Assembly: GCA_036172245.1 (NCBI GenBank) | Contig: JAYWIR010000083.1 | Location: forward strand, 248,001 to 312,000 | DNA length: 64,000 nt | DNA from: Raillietiella orientalis | Taxonomy: Eukaryota | Reading direction: 5' to 3' | The notes under the pieces: generated by a model | The model's database searches: none | Seen by the model: the letters and a program-made list of their open reading frames with translations, nothing else | What the model was told of the DNA's origin: nothing | Shown here: piece by piece, positions 1 through 13,700 of the stretch | How positions within the stretch are numbered: position 1 is the stretch's first letter | Layout of the letters: each line of letters opens with the position of its first letter | Made by a program: the position numbers and the translations under genes

Positions 1-2200
1 GGAGTCACATGACATTCCCCGTGCCTGCTGTCTCAGACGGCTGCGGATCCAGGCTGCCTCAAGCCCGAAGCGAAGATGGCTAACAGAGTGCTCTCTGTTT
101 CTGGACCTAGTATCACAGACTTCCATCTTGCCGTGCGCATGCCGTTGTCCTTCTTTCTAAGGACTTGACATCAAAAATGCTTTAGGGCAGCAAGCTCTCA
201 TCTCCGAAAATCCAGGGTACCTGGCCTGCGGGTCGCGACACAGAGTCTCTCCCCGCCTTCGCAAGCCAGTTCCCTCTCGGAGACCAATCCAACGGTCTTC
301 TGGCTTTCAGGAAGCGGAAAAGAATGGCGTGGAGTCCTTGTGATTCTTGGAACGAACGAGCCCTTCGACTCTCGCGCTCACGCAGCTTGAGATTTGTGGA
401 ACCGCGGGAGAAGCTCTGCCGCACCACAGCTTCGCAGCATCTTCTTGCAGCGCAGCTTCAGCTACACAACTGCGAGGTCCGTAGCCGAAGACAAAAAGCT
501 TACTGGGTCCCCCGGTTCCGATCGCGCTTTGATCGCACCGTCCGACCGTGGAGGGAGGAGGGGGGGAACTTCGGGATGCCAAAGCGCTTGAGGGGACGCG
601 GAAGCACTTCGCGGCGCCGTGCGTCCCGTGTGGACAGCTTGCCTTTTCGGTGCATCTCTGTGATACAGTCCCCGCGGTGGTCAGGATGGGAAACGGTCAA
701 GAACCGTCCTGTTTTCTGACCGAACAGGACCGATGCGACCACAGAACCGCAACGGCGGTATAGGTCGCTGTCAAGTCTTTTCCCTGCCGCTCCGCTCAAC
801 ATCCCTGGTGCTCGTGCAGCAGCTCTCGCTTACCGTGCCTACAGGAAAATGGATCCCTGCGGCTCCAGGTTTCGAAGATATCGAGCGCGCGCAAAACCGA
901 AAAGGTCGCGTGCGCTGCGAATGTCACAAGCAGCGACCCTAGCCGGCCGACGGTCTCTTTCTCTAGAGCGCTTCGAACGGAAGGTCTCACGTTGTCGCTT
1001 GGGGAATTCGTTTCGAATAGGACCTCCCGAATGGATGTCCAGGGGAGCTTCAATCTACGCAAGGGTACGCAAACGTGGTCCCCGGGTATCGGGAATCACG
1101 TTTTGCGCGGATATCTGTCTCTGTGACGACGGGGAAGCTTTCGTCAGCGTTCCTCCTTTAGCGGAAGTGGTCTCACGTTTCTCCCTTGCAGGTCATCTAC
1201 TTGCTGAAGAGGAGCTTCAACCGGACCTTGGACAGGAGGTTTCCCAACCGCATTCACTCGGGTAAGAGGGTGGTTCGACCCCATCAGGAGTTGCCGTCAC
1301 TTTAGGTTCAGGGAACTGCTTCCCGTCAAGCGCTTATGTGTTCAATAACAGGCGACAAACGTCCTCCTCTTACGTCAAGTGCAAGAGCGAAGCGGAGCAC
1401 GTCATGCTGCATCGTGTGAAGGATGCGGACAAAGAGAAAGAGTTCCCTCCAGAGAACGATCCCTGCATGGGAGCCACGAACGAGTGACCGAAAAGAAGGA
1501 AGGATATGAGTAAATAAATCTCTATTTTCTTTGGACTCCTTGTGTTCAGTCAGCCGGCCTGGGGCCGCTCCCGGCGAACTGGGGCTACCCCGGGAGGAAA
1601 CCCCCTCTGGGCGCGCCGCTGCTAGCACTTTCAGCAGCTCGCCCTGGGTGCTCGTTCCCGTGCAGTGCGGACGGGATCAGAAGTCACTGCCTGGACCCGG
1701 GTGTTTTGGAAGCACTCCGAAACGGAATGTTTGCAGCCCGTTCGGTGCACATTTCCAAGTTCTGTGCATCTTTTCGTTAAAAAAGCCACCGGCTTCCGGA
1801 ACAAGTTCCACAGTGCCGCTAGCGTCGGTCAACCTCCTGCCTGACGAGACAACCGATCTTGAGAAGCAGGTGGTTCCCGACTGGGGACAGACGCCGTCAC
1901 ACTTCGATCTACCATGTCACACCTTTACCGAGCGTCCATTGTCGAAATCTGTCCGTCGATGACGTCGGCACGGATCTTCAGCCGTTCAGACCGACCTCGG
2001 GGTGATCCTTCGTGAGCGTGCGCAACCTTCGATGCAGCTTTCTCCTGCAAGTTGCAATGTTTTGTGTGTTTTCCCTCGAGCGTTGAACCGGAAGCTAAGG
2101 AAGGCAGAAGGACTCTCCGCCCTCCCGTTGATCCGTTGGCTCTGAGAGGCACCAAAGTCCTTCCAGGATTTGCAACGGAATTTCGAGGCCACTATTTCTG
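1..2200 (-). pseudogene. Heavily decayed Tx1/L1-like LINE (ORF1 zinc knuckle to APE/linker of ORF2)
   Basis: Minus-strand fragments across frameshifts: RHCGTC...C...H...C near 1700-1830 (compare RYCGYC in ORF1 of the younger copies), RLD...DHR (APE end-like) near 670-780, and a TPFF.RFLK linker-like motif near 300-340. Boundaries are approximate. Confidence 0.35.
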
Positions 2201-3147
2201 AAAGCTTCTTGTGCCACTCCTGAAATCGGCAGCGAGCTCACGGGGCAATTATTTCATCATGAGCCACGCTTGGCTGCTCTCCTCTGGACCAAAAGGCGCA
2301 CTCGATCTCAGCAAGACTGAGAAGGAGAATTTGCCGACACGATTCTTAGGGTGCGTATTCCTCAAGGGCGTGTCACGCAGTTCTCGTGAGAAGCTGAACC
2401 CTTCCTTGCACTTACTGCATTCCCCTGCTTGCGACCACGTGGTTCCTCATCAGGTGAATCGAGGACAGGGAATTAAAATAAATCTTGTTTTTATCACGCG
2501 ACGATCCGAGAGCAGACGCTTCAATCCGCAACCTGCCCGTTTCTCTCCTGCATGCCCTCCCAACGACTGCGAGGCGCACGCGAAATGACCAGGAGGCGGG
2601 CAGGGCGGCGCGAAGACTTCGCTCTTCTCGCTTGCCCTGCCATCTCACCTCCCGCGTTGGAAGCCGTGCTCATGGGCTGCAGGGCGCGCGTTTCGAGTTC
2701 CCCCCGCAAGACGACGCCGGTTGGACGGGAGACTTTGGGTCTGGGGCACTGGTGGGTCGAAGCCAGATGTCCCCCGATGAGGGTGGCCGGGACTGGAAAG
2801 TTGATCTTCCGGGATTGATCTTCCAGGAATCGAGGAGCCTCGGGTTTCCCCCCCGTTTGTGGAAATGGAGCCCTCGAGAGTGCTAAGAAGCGCTCCGCTC
2901 TCATCGGAGAGAGAACCTTCAGAGAAATTTTTCAAGAGTCCCTTCGAGGTTCCCTTCGGAGAAAAAAAACGGGAGGCCCCTTCCAGGGGTCCTCCTGGAG
3001 AGAACAAGGAATGGATTTCCCTTGTAATTCCCTTCCAAGCGTGAGAGGAAGCCTTCCTGGATTCATGGGGTGGTCCTCTCCCTGGGTGCCCTCTAACTTC
3101 AGAAGTGACCACACGCACCCTCGGGTGGTGGCGTGGAACAGTGTTAA

Positions 3148-3790
3148 ACCTTTGCACTCCAAGCGTTTGTCGACACGACCGACCAGTAGCTCCAGCACAC
3201 TTTCTCAATCGAAAATTTGAAAAGAAATGGTTTTGCTTTGATAAGAAAAAAAAATGATAAATGTTCATTCGTCAGGTGTTTCGCTAAGATTACTCTTTTT
3301 GCAAAGCTGTTGGTTTCTTCTTCGATGACCCCCTTGACAAGCTCTCCTGTGAAAAATAACTAGAGATATTTCATTAGTCCCACAATGTTAGACGCGATCC
3401 GTGGTCGAGTGACCCTCGGCAATACTGTAAAATTAATCCTTTTTGGAATCCTTTTGCTATCCGTTCTATCGACCCATTCATCTTCTCTTCCGAAAGAGTT
3501 TTCATTCTCGATAATTCCGATTCTTCGTCGCCATTTTACAATAATTTGTGAGCGTTCAGTCGTTCACTCGTTCTAGTGATAGCGTCGCTGTCACTAGAAC
3601 GAATTCCAGGATCATCATCACTTGCACTATCTTCAGATGCAACATCAGTTAAATTGCCATCAACTAGGTAATAAATGAAACTCTGGTCCCCCATTCTAAC
3701 GCATCAACACAGTCCATGTCCCCTCAGCGGAGCCAGTGGATCTGTGGTGCCATTTTGACTGTCCCCTCAGAGCCAGTGGAGTGCAAAGGG
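3148..3790 (-). mobile_element. Internally deleted piggyBac DNA transposon (non-autonomous)
   Basis: TTAA at 3144-3147 and 3791-3794. 13-bp TIRs ACCTTTGCACTCC (3148-3160) and GGAGTGCAAAGGG (3778-3790) with 1 mismatch. The minus strand encodes an acidic N-terminus then LFFTGELVK/VIEEETNSFA, typical of piggyBac transposase N-termini. Confidence 0.85.
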
Positions 3791-6700
3791 TTAAAGAGCT
3801 TCGTGAGCCGCCAGGCGAGCTGTTCTCGAGGACTTCTGCAGCACCATTCGCACATGAACCCATTTTAGCGCTCGCTCGTTAACGCCTACTCCTCAAAATT
3901 CTAGTAATAAGCATCAGTTTTCAATTAATTCGGCTTCGATACAGGAGATAACTGCACTTGGTATCTCCACGCTTCTGGCCACTTCTTCGATGCTGCTCCC
4001 TATCGCAACCCGGTCAGTTTACTGTTGATGAAGTACGTACTGCGGCAAGACCAACGCAGCCCATGGTCATCGGCATCAAACCAGTTCTGTGCCTCAGCGA
4101 ATCACTTCCTCCCCTTTTGCCCAGATGCAGCTTCCGTTTCACAGTAATTGTCACCTCTCGAAGATACGTCTTCTCATCAGGCTCATTAATGCAGTTTCAT
4201 TTGTTACCTCCGAACGGACGGAACGTTCCCTCCCCCCCACCCACACTCATCAGATTAAAAGAAAGTTTTTGATGAATGGGAAAACTCTCCTTTCCAAGTG
4301 CTTAACTCTGCACGTCCCGTCTACTCGCAGTCAGTTCCTACGCGCGCGAGCGGCGACGCGCGGCGCACAAAGCAGCCGAAGGGTAAGATCCCAGACGGTC
4401 ATCCACTCTTCCCTTTCGAAGATGAGTAAGCAGACTCCTCAAGATGAGAAAGCAGCTGCGTTGTGTGTGAGGTCCATCTTGGATGAAGGCAAGCGTCGAT
4501 GGTTTTTTCTCGCTGATCGCATAATTGCTCACTACTGGTCCGATTACGGAGTGGATTATTAAAGATTCTGTAATGAAAGACACACACGAGCGGAGGCTGA
4601 AATGCCATACGGAATCCTCAGCTACTACCCTGCACACAACCACCAATCAGTGCAGTCTCAGACACAAGCCACTCTTTCTTCTTGGAATGTCTTGAGAATA
4701 TTGTCAACATCTCAGTAGTAGTCCCTGAAACGGCGTTCTCGGAAATGACGTTGTCTGCGGAACCATGGAAACCTTGCTTCCTCCGCTTTCGGTATCTGGT
4801 ACGGGATCTTCCTCATCTCGTGAACTTCCACTCTTGCGCTTTAGCCACAGACGACGCTATCAGGAAAACGGGCTGCCTGGCCAAAAATGGAATGCCACCT
4901 TCAGTGTCGCCCACATCATTACAGGGGTCACCAGTCCAGGCCTCAATGCATTATCCTAAGATAGGAATACTAAGGGCATCCACTTGGGAAACCCACGTGC
5001 CGCAACCACGCAAGCATTCTTCGCCACCGCTACTCAGCCTCCCCTATGAAACCGCGGAAAGTGATGGCGGTCATCGCTCGAGGACTCTCAGCAGCGTATG
5101 CCAAGCAAGTGCTTACCACGACGCGCAGCGATCACGTGGCATCATCTCTGTTTCCGTGTCACCTGCTTCTGACACGGCCACCTCTGGATACATCAACAGA
5201 TAAAGGTGCATCCTCACATGGAGACACACCTCATCTTTTCTCAACGGGCAAGGAAATGCTGAAGGAACACACGCTCGTTTCTTTCGTCATCTATCATGAA
5301 TGAGGGAAGCAATCGCAGGTGATCATGAGCGCAGCTATGAGTTGAATTATTTATACGCGTGACTCTTCAGTGAACAGCCGTGTAACGGACTGAAGAGCAA
5401 TTGCCATAGACGGCCAAGGATCGACGAAAGGAACTCAAGGGAGACCCCAATCAGAAGAATCCACCCATTCTATAGTAGCACACTGGCTCATGGTTGAGAA
5501 GAATTATTCTCCTACTCCAGCATTTCCTATTATTATTGCTTTCCTCGTGTCCTAAATTCTTCAGCGAAATACCTCTTGGATTCTCCTAAATTATTCTCCT
5601 CCGCGTTATCAACCATAAATTCATCCTCCAATAACCTTATTCCCTCTGATAATAACTGTTTCCTTAGATTTAGACAGTAAATTTTGAGCAGCAATGAATA
5701 CAGGACTATTACATATCTTCTCTGTTTCCAGGAAGACTGAACTTGCCTCCTATTTACACGGAAAGCTCATCAGTTACTGTTGGGGCTCTGCTGCGCACCA
5801 ACCTGCTTGTTCGTTCATGGCCACCCCTGGTCTTCCAGTTTAGGAAGCTTGGATTGCGGGTTCCACCCCTCCTTGTGCGATATCCGAAGATCTTTCTGCT
5901 CGAGACTCCACCTGCCCGCCTCAGGAAACATTACTGCGCGTTCCTGCTTGATCCCTCTTTCCGTCACTCCGATAAACGCTGGCGCCCCTGCACGCACCAC
6001 TTTGTTCTCCAGTCCACCCCGCCCTCCCTTCATGCGGACTTTCTTCGCTCTCCCCTAGCGACCCCCGTGAGCAGAAGGAGGAATATCCGTAGAAGCGAGC
6101 TGCGCCCGTGTAACCGCGCGCCCTCGAGGGACGCTGTTCCCGCGCACGCGCGATGGAGTTGTCGTGGGAACGGGGGGCAGGGGAGAGACCCACTGGAATC
6201 TTCACCATTCCTCGCTTGATTAGGATTTCCGGCGCTCGCTCCGCAAGCACTTGGTCTGCTGCTCCGGAATTCATCAATTATTCAAGTGATGCACACCCTG
6301 TTATCCTCTGAATGATCTGACAGTTTTGGCCGAGCATCGCCTCATCTCGAGCTGAGAGCACACTCGGTCTCCCAGGTAATGATGGATCCCGCTTTTTTCA
6401 GAGTCTTTCAGAACTCCTTCCCACGATTGCGCTCGGAGAGTCCCCGCTCGATTGCAGCTCCCTCCGTGCAAGCAGCCACTGCTCTTGTGGCTCCATTATC
6501 AACGCGACGGATCTTCCGGTTGCGTCATCCTTCGCAATAGATGCACTCTCCTTTTCTTTTGTTCGATGTTTTTTTTTTTTAGTGAATCATGAAATTTATG
6601 CCACTTGCACCAACCAGACCTCATCAATCAGACTTACCGAAGGCTCGCGTGGTCATCGTAACTAGCGTATCGCTTCTCGGCCTTTTGTCTAAGATCAAAG

Positions 6701-7957
6701 TGTGGCGATGGGAACTGCTGTGACGTCCTGATGCCTGCAAGGAAACCTCCGCTATCCGTTCGGCTGTCCTTCTCCCGGCCTTTCGAGTCGCCGCGACTCT
6801 CTGGAAAGCTGCGACGCCTTTCCCTCTCTGGAGTTTGCACTTCCCACCTTCGCGGTAACTTTTTTTTCCAAGTGGCGGGGAGTCGGGCGCCCCTGTTCTT
6901 GCGTGAAGGAGGGAGGGGGTCTCTTCAGAGCAAAGCGCGCCTCCACCGTCCGACCCGGGAGGGTGTGCGTGGATGCGAGCTGTGTCGGACGCGGGGAAAC
7001 GCAAACCCTCCCGCACCTACTTGTGCTGCTCCGGTGCTCCGGAGGCCGCTGGCAGCTCCAGGGGCTGCTCCCGGAGCGAGTCTTTAGCAGTGACGTGCGC
7101 GGGGTAGTGGCGGCTCGGACCACGCCGCGGGTACCGATTAATGGACGAAACTCTTCATGAGGATCGCCTCCAGGCAGTCCTCACCTGCGAAGCACCCTGA
7201 AGGAGCTTGACGTCATCCTGCAGGGGATGAACAGGACTTCTCGGAACACAATGCGATCCTTTCCTAAACTCCAAGAAGAAGCATCATATATGCAGTGGTT
7301 CCTCGTTACTCGACGGCTTCGGAACTCGTCAAAGTCAGTACTCGTCGCGTTGTGACGAGAACAAATGCTTCGATACTCGGCGCATGCTCGGAAGTCGACA
7401 CCCCACCCATCATGAAACGAGTGAACTCTTTCGTCTAGTGGCAGCTCGCGAACAGTGCCGAACACTTCCACAGACTGCCTCCCCAATCATTCCTTTTTAT
7501 GTGCTTTCTGTGAATTTTAAGCATTAATTATGGGTCCTAAAATGGTTGAAAATGATGCCATGAAGTCTAGAAAAGAACTCGTTCGGCACTTGCCACGAGC
7601 TCCGGAACGAATTACCGACGAGTACCGAGGCGTCATTGTGTTTTGTTTTTTTTTGGCTTGTCTTTACTTCCTGTTTCTCCAAGATGAATCTTCACCAGGT
7701 ATGCTCCCTTGAACATTTGGTGGCGGCAAGAATCCTACCATTATTTTCTCGTATGTTTCTTATCAAGAAACCCCCCGGGAGTAACCTTTCCAGCAACAGC
7801 GTGGCGCGAGTTCAGGAGGGCGTCCTTACATTTGCATCCTCCACGGATGGTAGCACGAAGCGTAGTGCCAAAGTAATGGTCGCCAATGCAGACCATGTTG
7901 CTATGGTTTTCGCGCGCGCTCCACCGACCGTACCCGGTTCGAATCCTGCCCGGGATT

Positions 7958-10100
7958 TCTCACCCCGTCACGCCGGGGCGTTTATTCCATATAAATTTTA
8001 CATTATACAAAATAAACCCGTTGGGAACCAAGTTTCCAGCCGACGACAGGACAACGAGCACGAGAAATTCCCCTGGCGCGCAGGCCGGTATTGCAACGTT
8101 CCCAACGGTCTGAGGGATAGGGTAAAAACAAACAAACGAAAACAAAAGAAAAACAGTGAATGGGGGTGCCGGAACAAGGGTCTTTGGGATCGCTCTGGAA
8201 GGCACCAGGATATAAGTACCAGCACCAGAAATGCAACAGAGCGAATGGGGATGGGATGTGGGTGGGCGAGAGGTCACAAGGGTCACCGGAGTACGCCTTT
8301 CTTAAAAGTCCTTAAACCGTCAATAGATGCCGGTGATGTCCTCCTTCACCACGTCATGAAAGTGAGACCACCTTGTAGCCTACTCCATGGATTCAGCTGC
8401 AAGCAGGTGGGCTGTCCCTTCGCTGCACTGACAACTCCAGGGCGTAGCGGGCCTTCACGATGGCGCGAATGCAACAGATGGTTGCGACAGTCGCGCCTAC
8501 CGAAAGTCCATTCCTGCTGAAGAAGCGCCGCAGCACATCAATGGCAATGCCTCCCTGCGGCATGATGGCCGAAATCAGCCTCCGCCACAGTTCGCGGAGG
8601 TCACCGCAGTCCAGCAGAAGGTGCGGAAACGACTCGATCGCCCCGCACCTCGAACAGAGACAGCTCTCCCGGAAACGATGTTTCGCCGCTGATTACATGG
8701 AGACCCCAATGTCAAAACAGCAGCACATCTTGTCCGGGATCGACGCCAGAGAAATGGGTAGGTTGTGAGGTCGAGTTTTCGCCGTAAGATGGCGCTGGTT
8801 GGTCTATAGGCTTCTGGTGTGGCACTGGTGGAAGCCACATGCTTCCGTTGAGAGGCCGGGATTGGAAGTTGAAGTTGACCTCCGGGGTCCCTTACAGACT
8901 CTCCTCCTGTTGTGAAGGGTTGGGCCCTCCATCGCGTACCAGCTATCGATGGCTAAACGTGCACGTTGGTCCGCGAGTCTTGAATGCACCGAAGTGCTCT
9001 CGCTACTTCCGTGTACTCTCGCGTCCTCGGTGTTCGTGTTTCCTTGTCACTATCCCTTCCAGCAACTCTCACGGTTTTGCAAGCAGCCACCAGGTGAAAA
9101 GCTCGGAACCAACGGAACGGAGATCGGGAAGAAACTCCGAAATGCTTCCCTCGATGAACCCCAAGCAGCGTCCATCATCGACTCCGCTTTCTCGCGAGGT
9201 CAGCTTATTCTCGTTGCTTAGCGCAAAGACAAAACCTCGAAATCAAAGGTCATCTTGGATGCTGAATTCTTGTAGGCAGTCAGCTGCCCTCACAAAAGAA
9301 GGAAGCTTCATGGATTCGACTCTTGAACGACGTGAGAGAACGGGCAGCAGCACCGAATGGGCTAGCAGTTTTCCACCATCGATCACTCTCATCCTGTCAT
9401 GCCATCTCGCCTGTGGCCTCACCGGCAGGCAGACCGGTCTTCCCGGTCAGAGTGCATCTTCCCAAACACCGATCGTACTCCGGGGGAGGGGGGGGGGGCA
9501 AGAGGTAAAGATGATCGGAAGAGGAAAGATCATTACTTTGGTGATGAGGTGAGGAGCCTTTCAACCCCACGAAGCTAGTCCGTCATCATGACCGGTCCGC
9601 TTGGTCTGTCCGCATCCGCAAGATATTGGACCACTTCTGTCTGCGTGAGGCTCACGCAGCTCCTCTTTGTTTCCTCGCTGAAGAACACTGAAGCTCCTTC
9701 TTTTTTTTGCTTGGTACCGCATCTGTTCTTTGCTTCTGCGTTCAGGAACACTGCAGATCCTGCAGCTACGGAAGTCTCAGACTTCAGCCCGGAATGACAG
9801 AAACAGAGGCAGAGTGGTAATGGTTGGGACGTGTTCCTGGGAACACAACGGCCCGGATCAGCGCCTCAACGAATCTGTTGCAATGAGGATCCATCGGGAT
9901 TGCTTCGCTGTCCGCCACCCCTGCTTGCTGAAACGGGTCTGGAGGAAATCGATCAGGACGGACGGCAACCAAGCACTCGGGAGGGCAGCAGCGTTGAGCG
10001 CATCAGCGGACGACAGTTAATCGGAAGCATCCTAGGAAGAACTGCGGTCGCTATGATTCCCAGGGTACGTCAGGTGTTCCCTGTAAACAGCATCCCTGTG
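7958..10100 (-). pseudogene. Decayed LINE: Tx1-type 3' UTR plus degenerate ORF2
   Basis: The minus-strand AATAAA+CGCCCCGGCGTGACGGGGTG terminus (7961-7986) and T-rich UTR match the 3' ends of the younger Tx1 copies. Only weak RT/zinc-finger-like remnants are visible upstream. Confidence 0.45.
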
Positions 10101-11559
10101 TCCCAGTGTGCTTTTTGTTACCAGCAGTGACGTCCTTCCTTGGTTTCCATCCGCATCCGCAAGCCCGTCCTGTGCGTGCTTGCTCCTGCTGGGTCATGGA
10201 AGGATGGACTATGGAGGATGCTCCCCCTCAACCCCAAGGGGCTGTTCCGGAAAAAGAGCTCCAACAGAGTGCAGTAGAGAGTGTGGAAGATGCATTCTCC
10301 CACTCCCTCCCTGAAGATGCGATTCCCAAGCGCCCAGTCCACGCGCGATTAACCTTCCTTGTTATTTGGATGAGCTCTTCCACGAGACAGATAGATTTTT
10401 CTCTTTTTCCCTTCCGTGGCAGTGGCGTCGCACCCGCCGGACCTGCTCGGCCAGTCTCCAGGGAAACAACCCAGTCGACTTGTCCTCCCGTTTGTTGCTC
10501 GAAGGCACAGTCGCGACGCCTCCGGGCCTGACTCCACGATCCCCCGCGAAAGGTGATCTGTCGGCAGCTCTGGCGGCCTCTCCCGTTGCGGTCGGCTCCG
10601 CCTGTCCATGCTTGGGAGCGCGCACCCTAAGTCCTGCCGCCCTCCCTCTATCGGCACGCTCCTCTTCTTCAGCCCTTCGTTGTCGGCGAGAAAAGTTGGT
10701 GAGTACGTGCAAGACAGGCAGATGCAGGTCCGCCAGGCGGGAGATCCCCCTCTCCCTTCCTGTTTCTTCCTCTCCCAGGGACGAGGATTGATCAGCTGGC
10801 CTCAGACGATTCCTTCGCGTGCATTTGGCTCAAAAACGGTGATCCTATCGGGTTCTTCCGGTCTTGCTGCTTTCCTTCCGGCTTCTTTTTTTCCTTTCCT
10901 GGTTTTCTCTTCTCTTTATGGTCCTCCAAGTGCTGAAGAACCGTCCGCCTTCTTGGGAGAGGTGTGTTTGGGGGGGGAGGGGAAGGAGGGTCACGAAGCT
11001 CTTGAACGCTGCCCACGCCAACCGAGAGTGCGTGTGACTCTTGGAGCTATGGAGGATAACCCGGGAGTGATCTCCCTACGAATCCGGGAAGGTTGCGGAA
11101 AAGGGTGTCCATTCCTCTCACGCTTGGGGCAAGAGGGAACGAGAGAACTATCTCTTCCTCATTTCCTTTGGAGGGACTCCCAGGATGGGACCACTCCTCG
11201 TTTCTTCTCCCACGGAAAGACCCACAGGAACGGATCCGCTCCCTGGTCTCTCCTCCAAAGAGAAAACCGAAGGGACGCTTCCCAACTTCTATGAAGGGTC
11301 GCTCTCCGAAGGGAGCAGCGTGCTTCCTACGCTCTGGAGAGGTATTCTCAATACACCAGCTCCATGATACGAGATGGAGGGTCCCCCCTACTAGGATAGG
11401 AGGACGGGTCCACCTTCACAACCGGAGTGAACCCCGAAGCGAAAGGGCATCAACCAGTTCCATGGCATGGCTCCATTTTCGCAATCGGAGGGGAACCTCG
11501 AAGGGCTGCTTAATTCCCGGAAGTATCCCGGCGGGTCGACTTTCCGATCCCGGCCAGTC

Positions 11560-12300
11560 AACGGGGGGCATCCGGCGTCCACTAACGCCGCCGCACCGAA
11601 AGTCTACAAACCAACCAGCGCCATCCTGTGGCCCTCCCCCTGAAGTAGCAGAGTCGGGACTTCTGCTGTTGCACTGGGGCCTCCCATCCATCGCCCGCTG
11701 GTCTCACTTGACCCGGGGGGCTGTAGTCCTCAACTGCTGCAGGTGCGAGGAACGAGAATTCCTCCTGCTTCCGCTTGTAGGCCGTGCTTCCCTCTGGTGC
11801 CCCGACGGACAATCCCAGGAACGTGTTGAAGCACCTCTTCGTGCGCGATGCCCTCTCGTCAGTCGCATTCCCAGCGGCTCTTTGCTGCTACCTACGCGGA
11901 ATTGCGACGGCTTGGAGCTATGCAAGAGGAGGACGGCGTGACAGGAGCGCCATGTGCTTCGGCCTGCGCTTCCTGCGTACGGCAGCAAAATGACCCCACC
12001 TGGAGCACACTCAGGTGGAACTTGCCGGCATTCTGGAAAGGATGCCGAGGCCGCCCTCCAGCGGACATGGATCCCTTCTCGTACCCTTCAGAGTTTTTTT
12101 TATCATTAATTTTTATTTTCTTTTTATTTTGTTTGTCCTTCCCCTCTCCGCTGCCGAAACGAACCTGCGTGTCGGTCTCGCAGACCTGCGTGTCGATCAC
12201 TCCACTGGTCACTTCGAGCATTTCCGACAATGTGGGATCGATGGTCGTATATATGCATGTTTATTTTTTATGCGATAAGTGCCCGGCATTAATAGGTATT
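11560..12300 (+). pseudogene. 3' end of a Tx1-like LINE (ORF2 C-terminal CCHC region and 3' UTR), frameshifted
   Basis: LLLLHWGLPSIARWSHLTRGAVVLNCCRCEERE...LFVRDALS..ALCCYLRGI..ELAGILERM aligns by eye to the C-terminus of the intact ORF2 at 50910-51330. Confidence 0.8.
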
Positions 12301-12559
12301 AAAAACACGACGATCCACCCATTTCCTAGGGTCGATCCTCCCGTGGAGATTCGAACCCGCAACGCAGGGCATCGAGCGCAGCCACATGGCCGCCAACGCA
12401 GGACCGATTGTACGCAGAAACAGGGAAGTCAGCGGTGTTTACACAGATGGGAGAGACGTCCGCCACCTCCCCGTGCAGCTGAGGGATAGGCTGCTGGGGC
12501 TGTTCTGAGCAAAGCCTTCTGAACAGCACTTTCGCAGGCTCTGGGACCAGAGTCCCTTA

Positions 12560-13700
12560 TGCTATGGGAGGGGGGAGGGAAAGTAGAGAGAGGAAACCGA
12601 GGCGACACTTGGTTTTCAGCCACAAGGAATCGTGATTGCTCACTCTTGGTGACACAGGATACTCTGGACCGCTGGTCCCACTCTTCGCCGCCTAGGAAGG
12701 TGGATGAGATCCGGATTTAAGGCGAACAGGCTTGGGCGCCGATGAAGAACCCCAAGGTCCCGCCGGAGGGCAAGTGAAGTACGAGTGCAACCACCTCGCC
12801 GCACTCCGGAGGATCGGCCAGCAGCGTGCAAAGAGCAAGATGGCGACGTTCGTGATATCCACGCCCGCCCGTCACTAAACGGACGACTGTCCGCAGAATC
12901 CCCTATCCTCCTGGGTTCAGCGCTGTCACGACTCCCTTCGGACTCATTCCGAAAGCTAGACTCGAGTGCCCTTCGCTCCAATTCCCCTGCACGGCTGACC
13001 GCCAGGGGACTTCGGATGAAAACCCTGCAAGGTTCTTCGGCTGTTGTGTCGGCTGCCTTTATCGGAGCAGCACGTCAGCTCGACGAGCTCCGCAACAACC
13101 CTGACCGGTCCCAGGGAACCTCGTTCTCTTGGGTCAGCTCTCATCAGCACTCTACCGAAAGAGCTACAGATTCGCCTGGAGATAGCGAACAGCCCGCGTG
13201 CCCCCACCTTCAGGTGGCAGCAGTCGAGGCTGCATTGGACGCTCCTATGCAGTGCCACAGGCGGCGCCACCAGTGGACGAACAGTGGACATCAGTGCCAA
13301 CTGGGTCAGCTGCAGGGAGAAAAAGACCCCTCCTCCCACCTTCCAGTGACACGTGTTGTCCTGAGGGAGCCGTGGGAACGTTTCTCCGCGTCCCTTGCCT
13401 CCCCAGTGGACAACTTCACAGTTACAGTGTGGAACCTCTTTTTGCCTGGTCGCCAGCTGTCGCCGTCGCAGCGCCGTGCTGTCCATGGGGAAATCTTCGC
13501 CTCCGGGAAAGACGCCGGGAGAGAACGGTGAGTCAGGGTTTCCACCGCCTTCTTTTCCAGTCTCCTTGCACCCGAATGAAAGGTCACAGGAGAGCATCCC
13601 TGCTATTTTAGAGCACCGTGTGCCGTATCATCTTTGCCATCCCGGAAACTCAGTGGAGCATCCGCTGAGTTTGACCTGAGAGCAAAAGTAGGTTCGAGAC
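12560..13700 (-). pseudogene. Possible decayed LINE ORF2 C-terminus (different family)
   Basis: RRQLATRQKEVPHCNCEVVHWGGKGRGETFPRL...CHW resembles the LINE C-terminal zinc-knuckle region. Weak. Confidence 0.3.

Noticed and set aside
4300..7500. Assorted 60-170 aa ORFs and a coding-looking minus frame near 5540-5730
   Set aside because: No recognisable motifs; probably decayed repeats.
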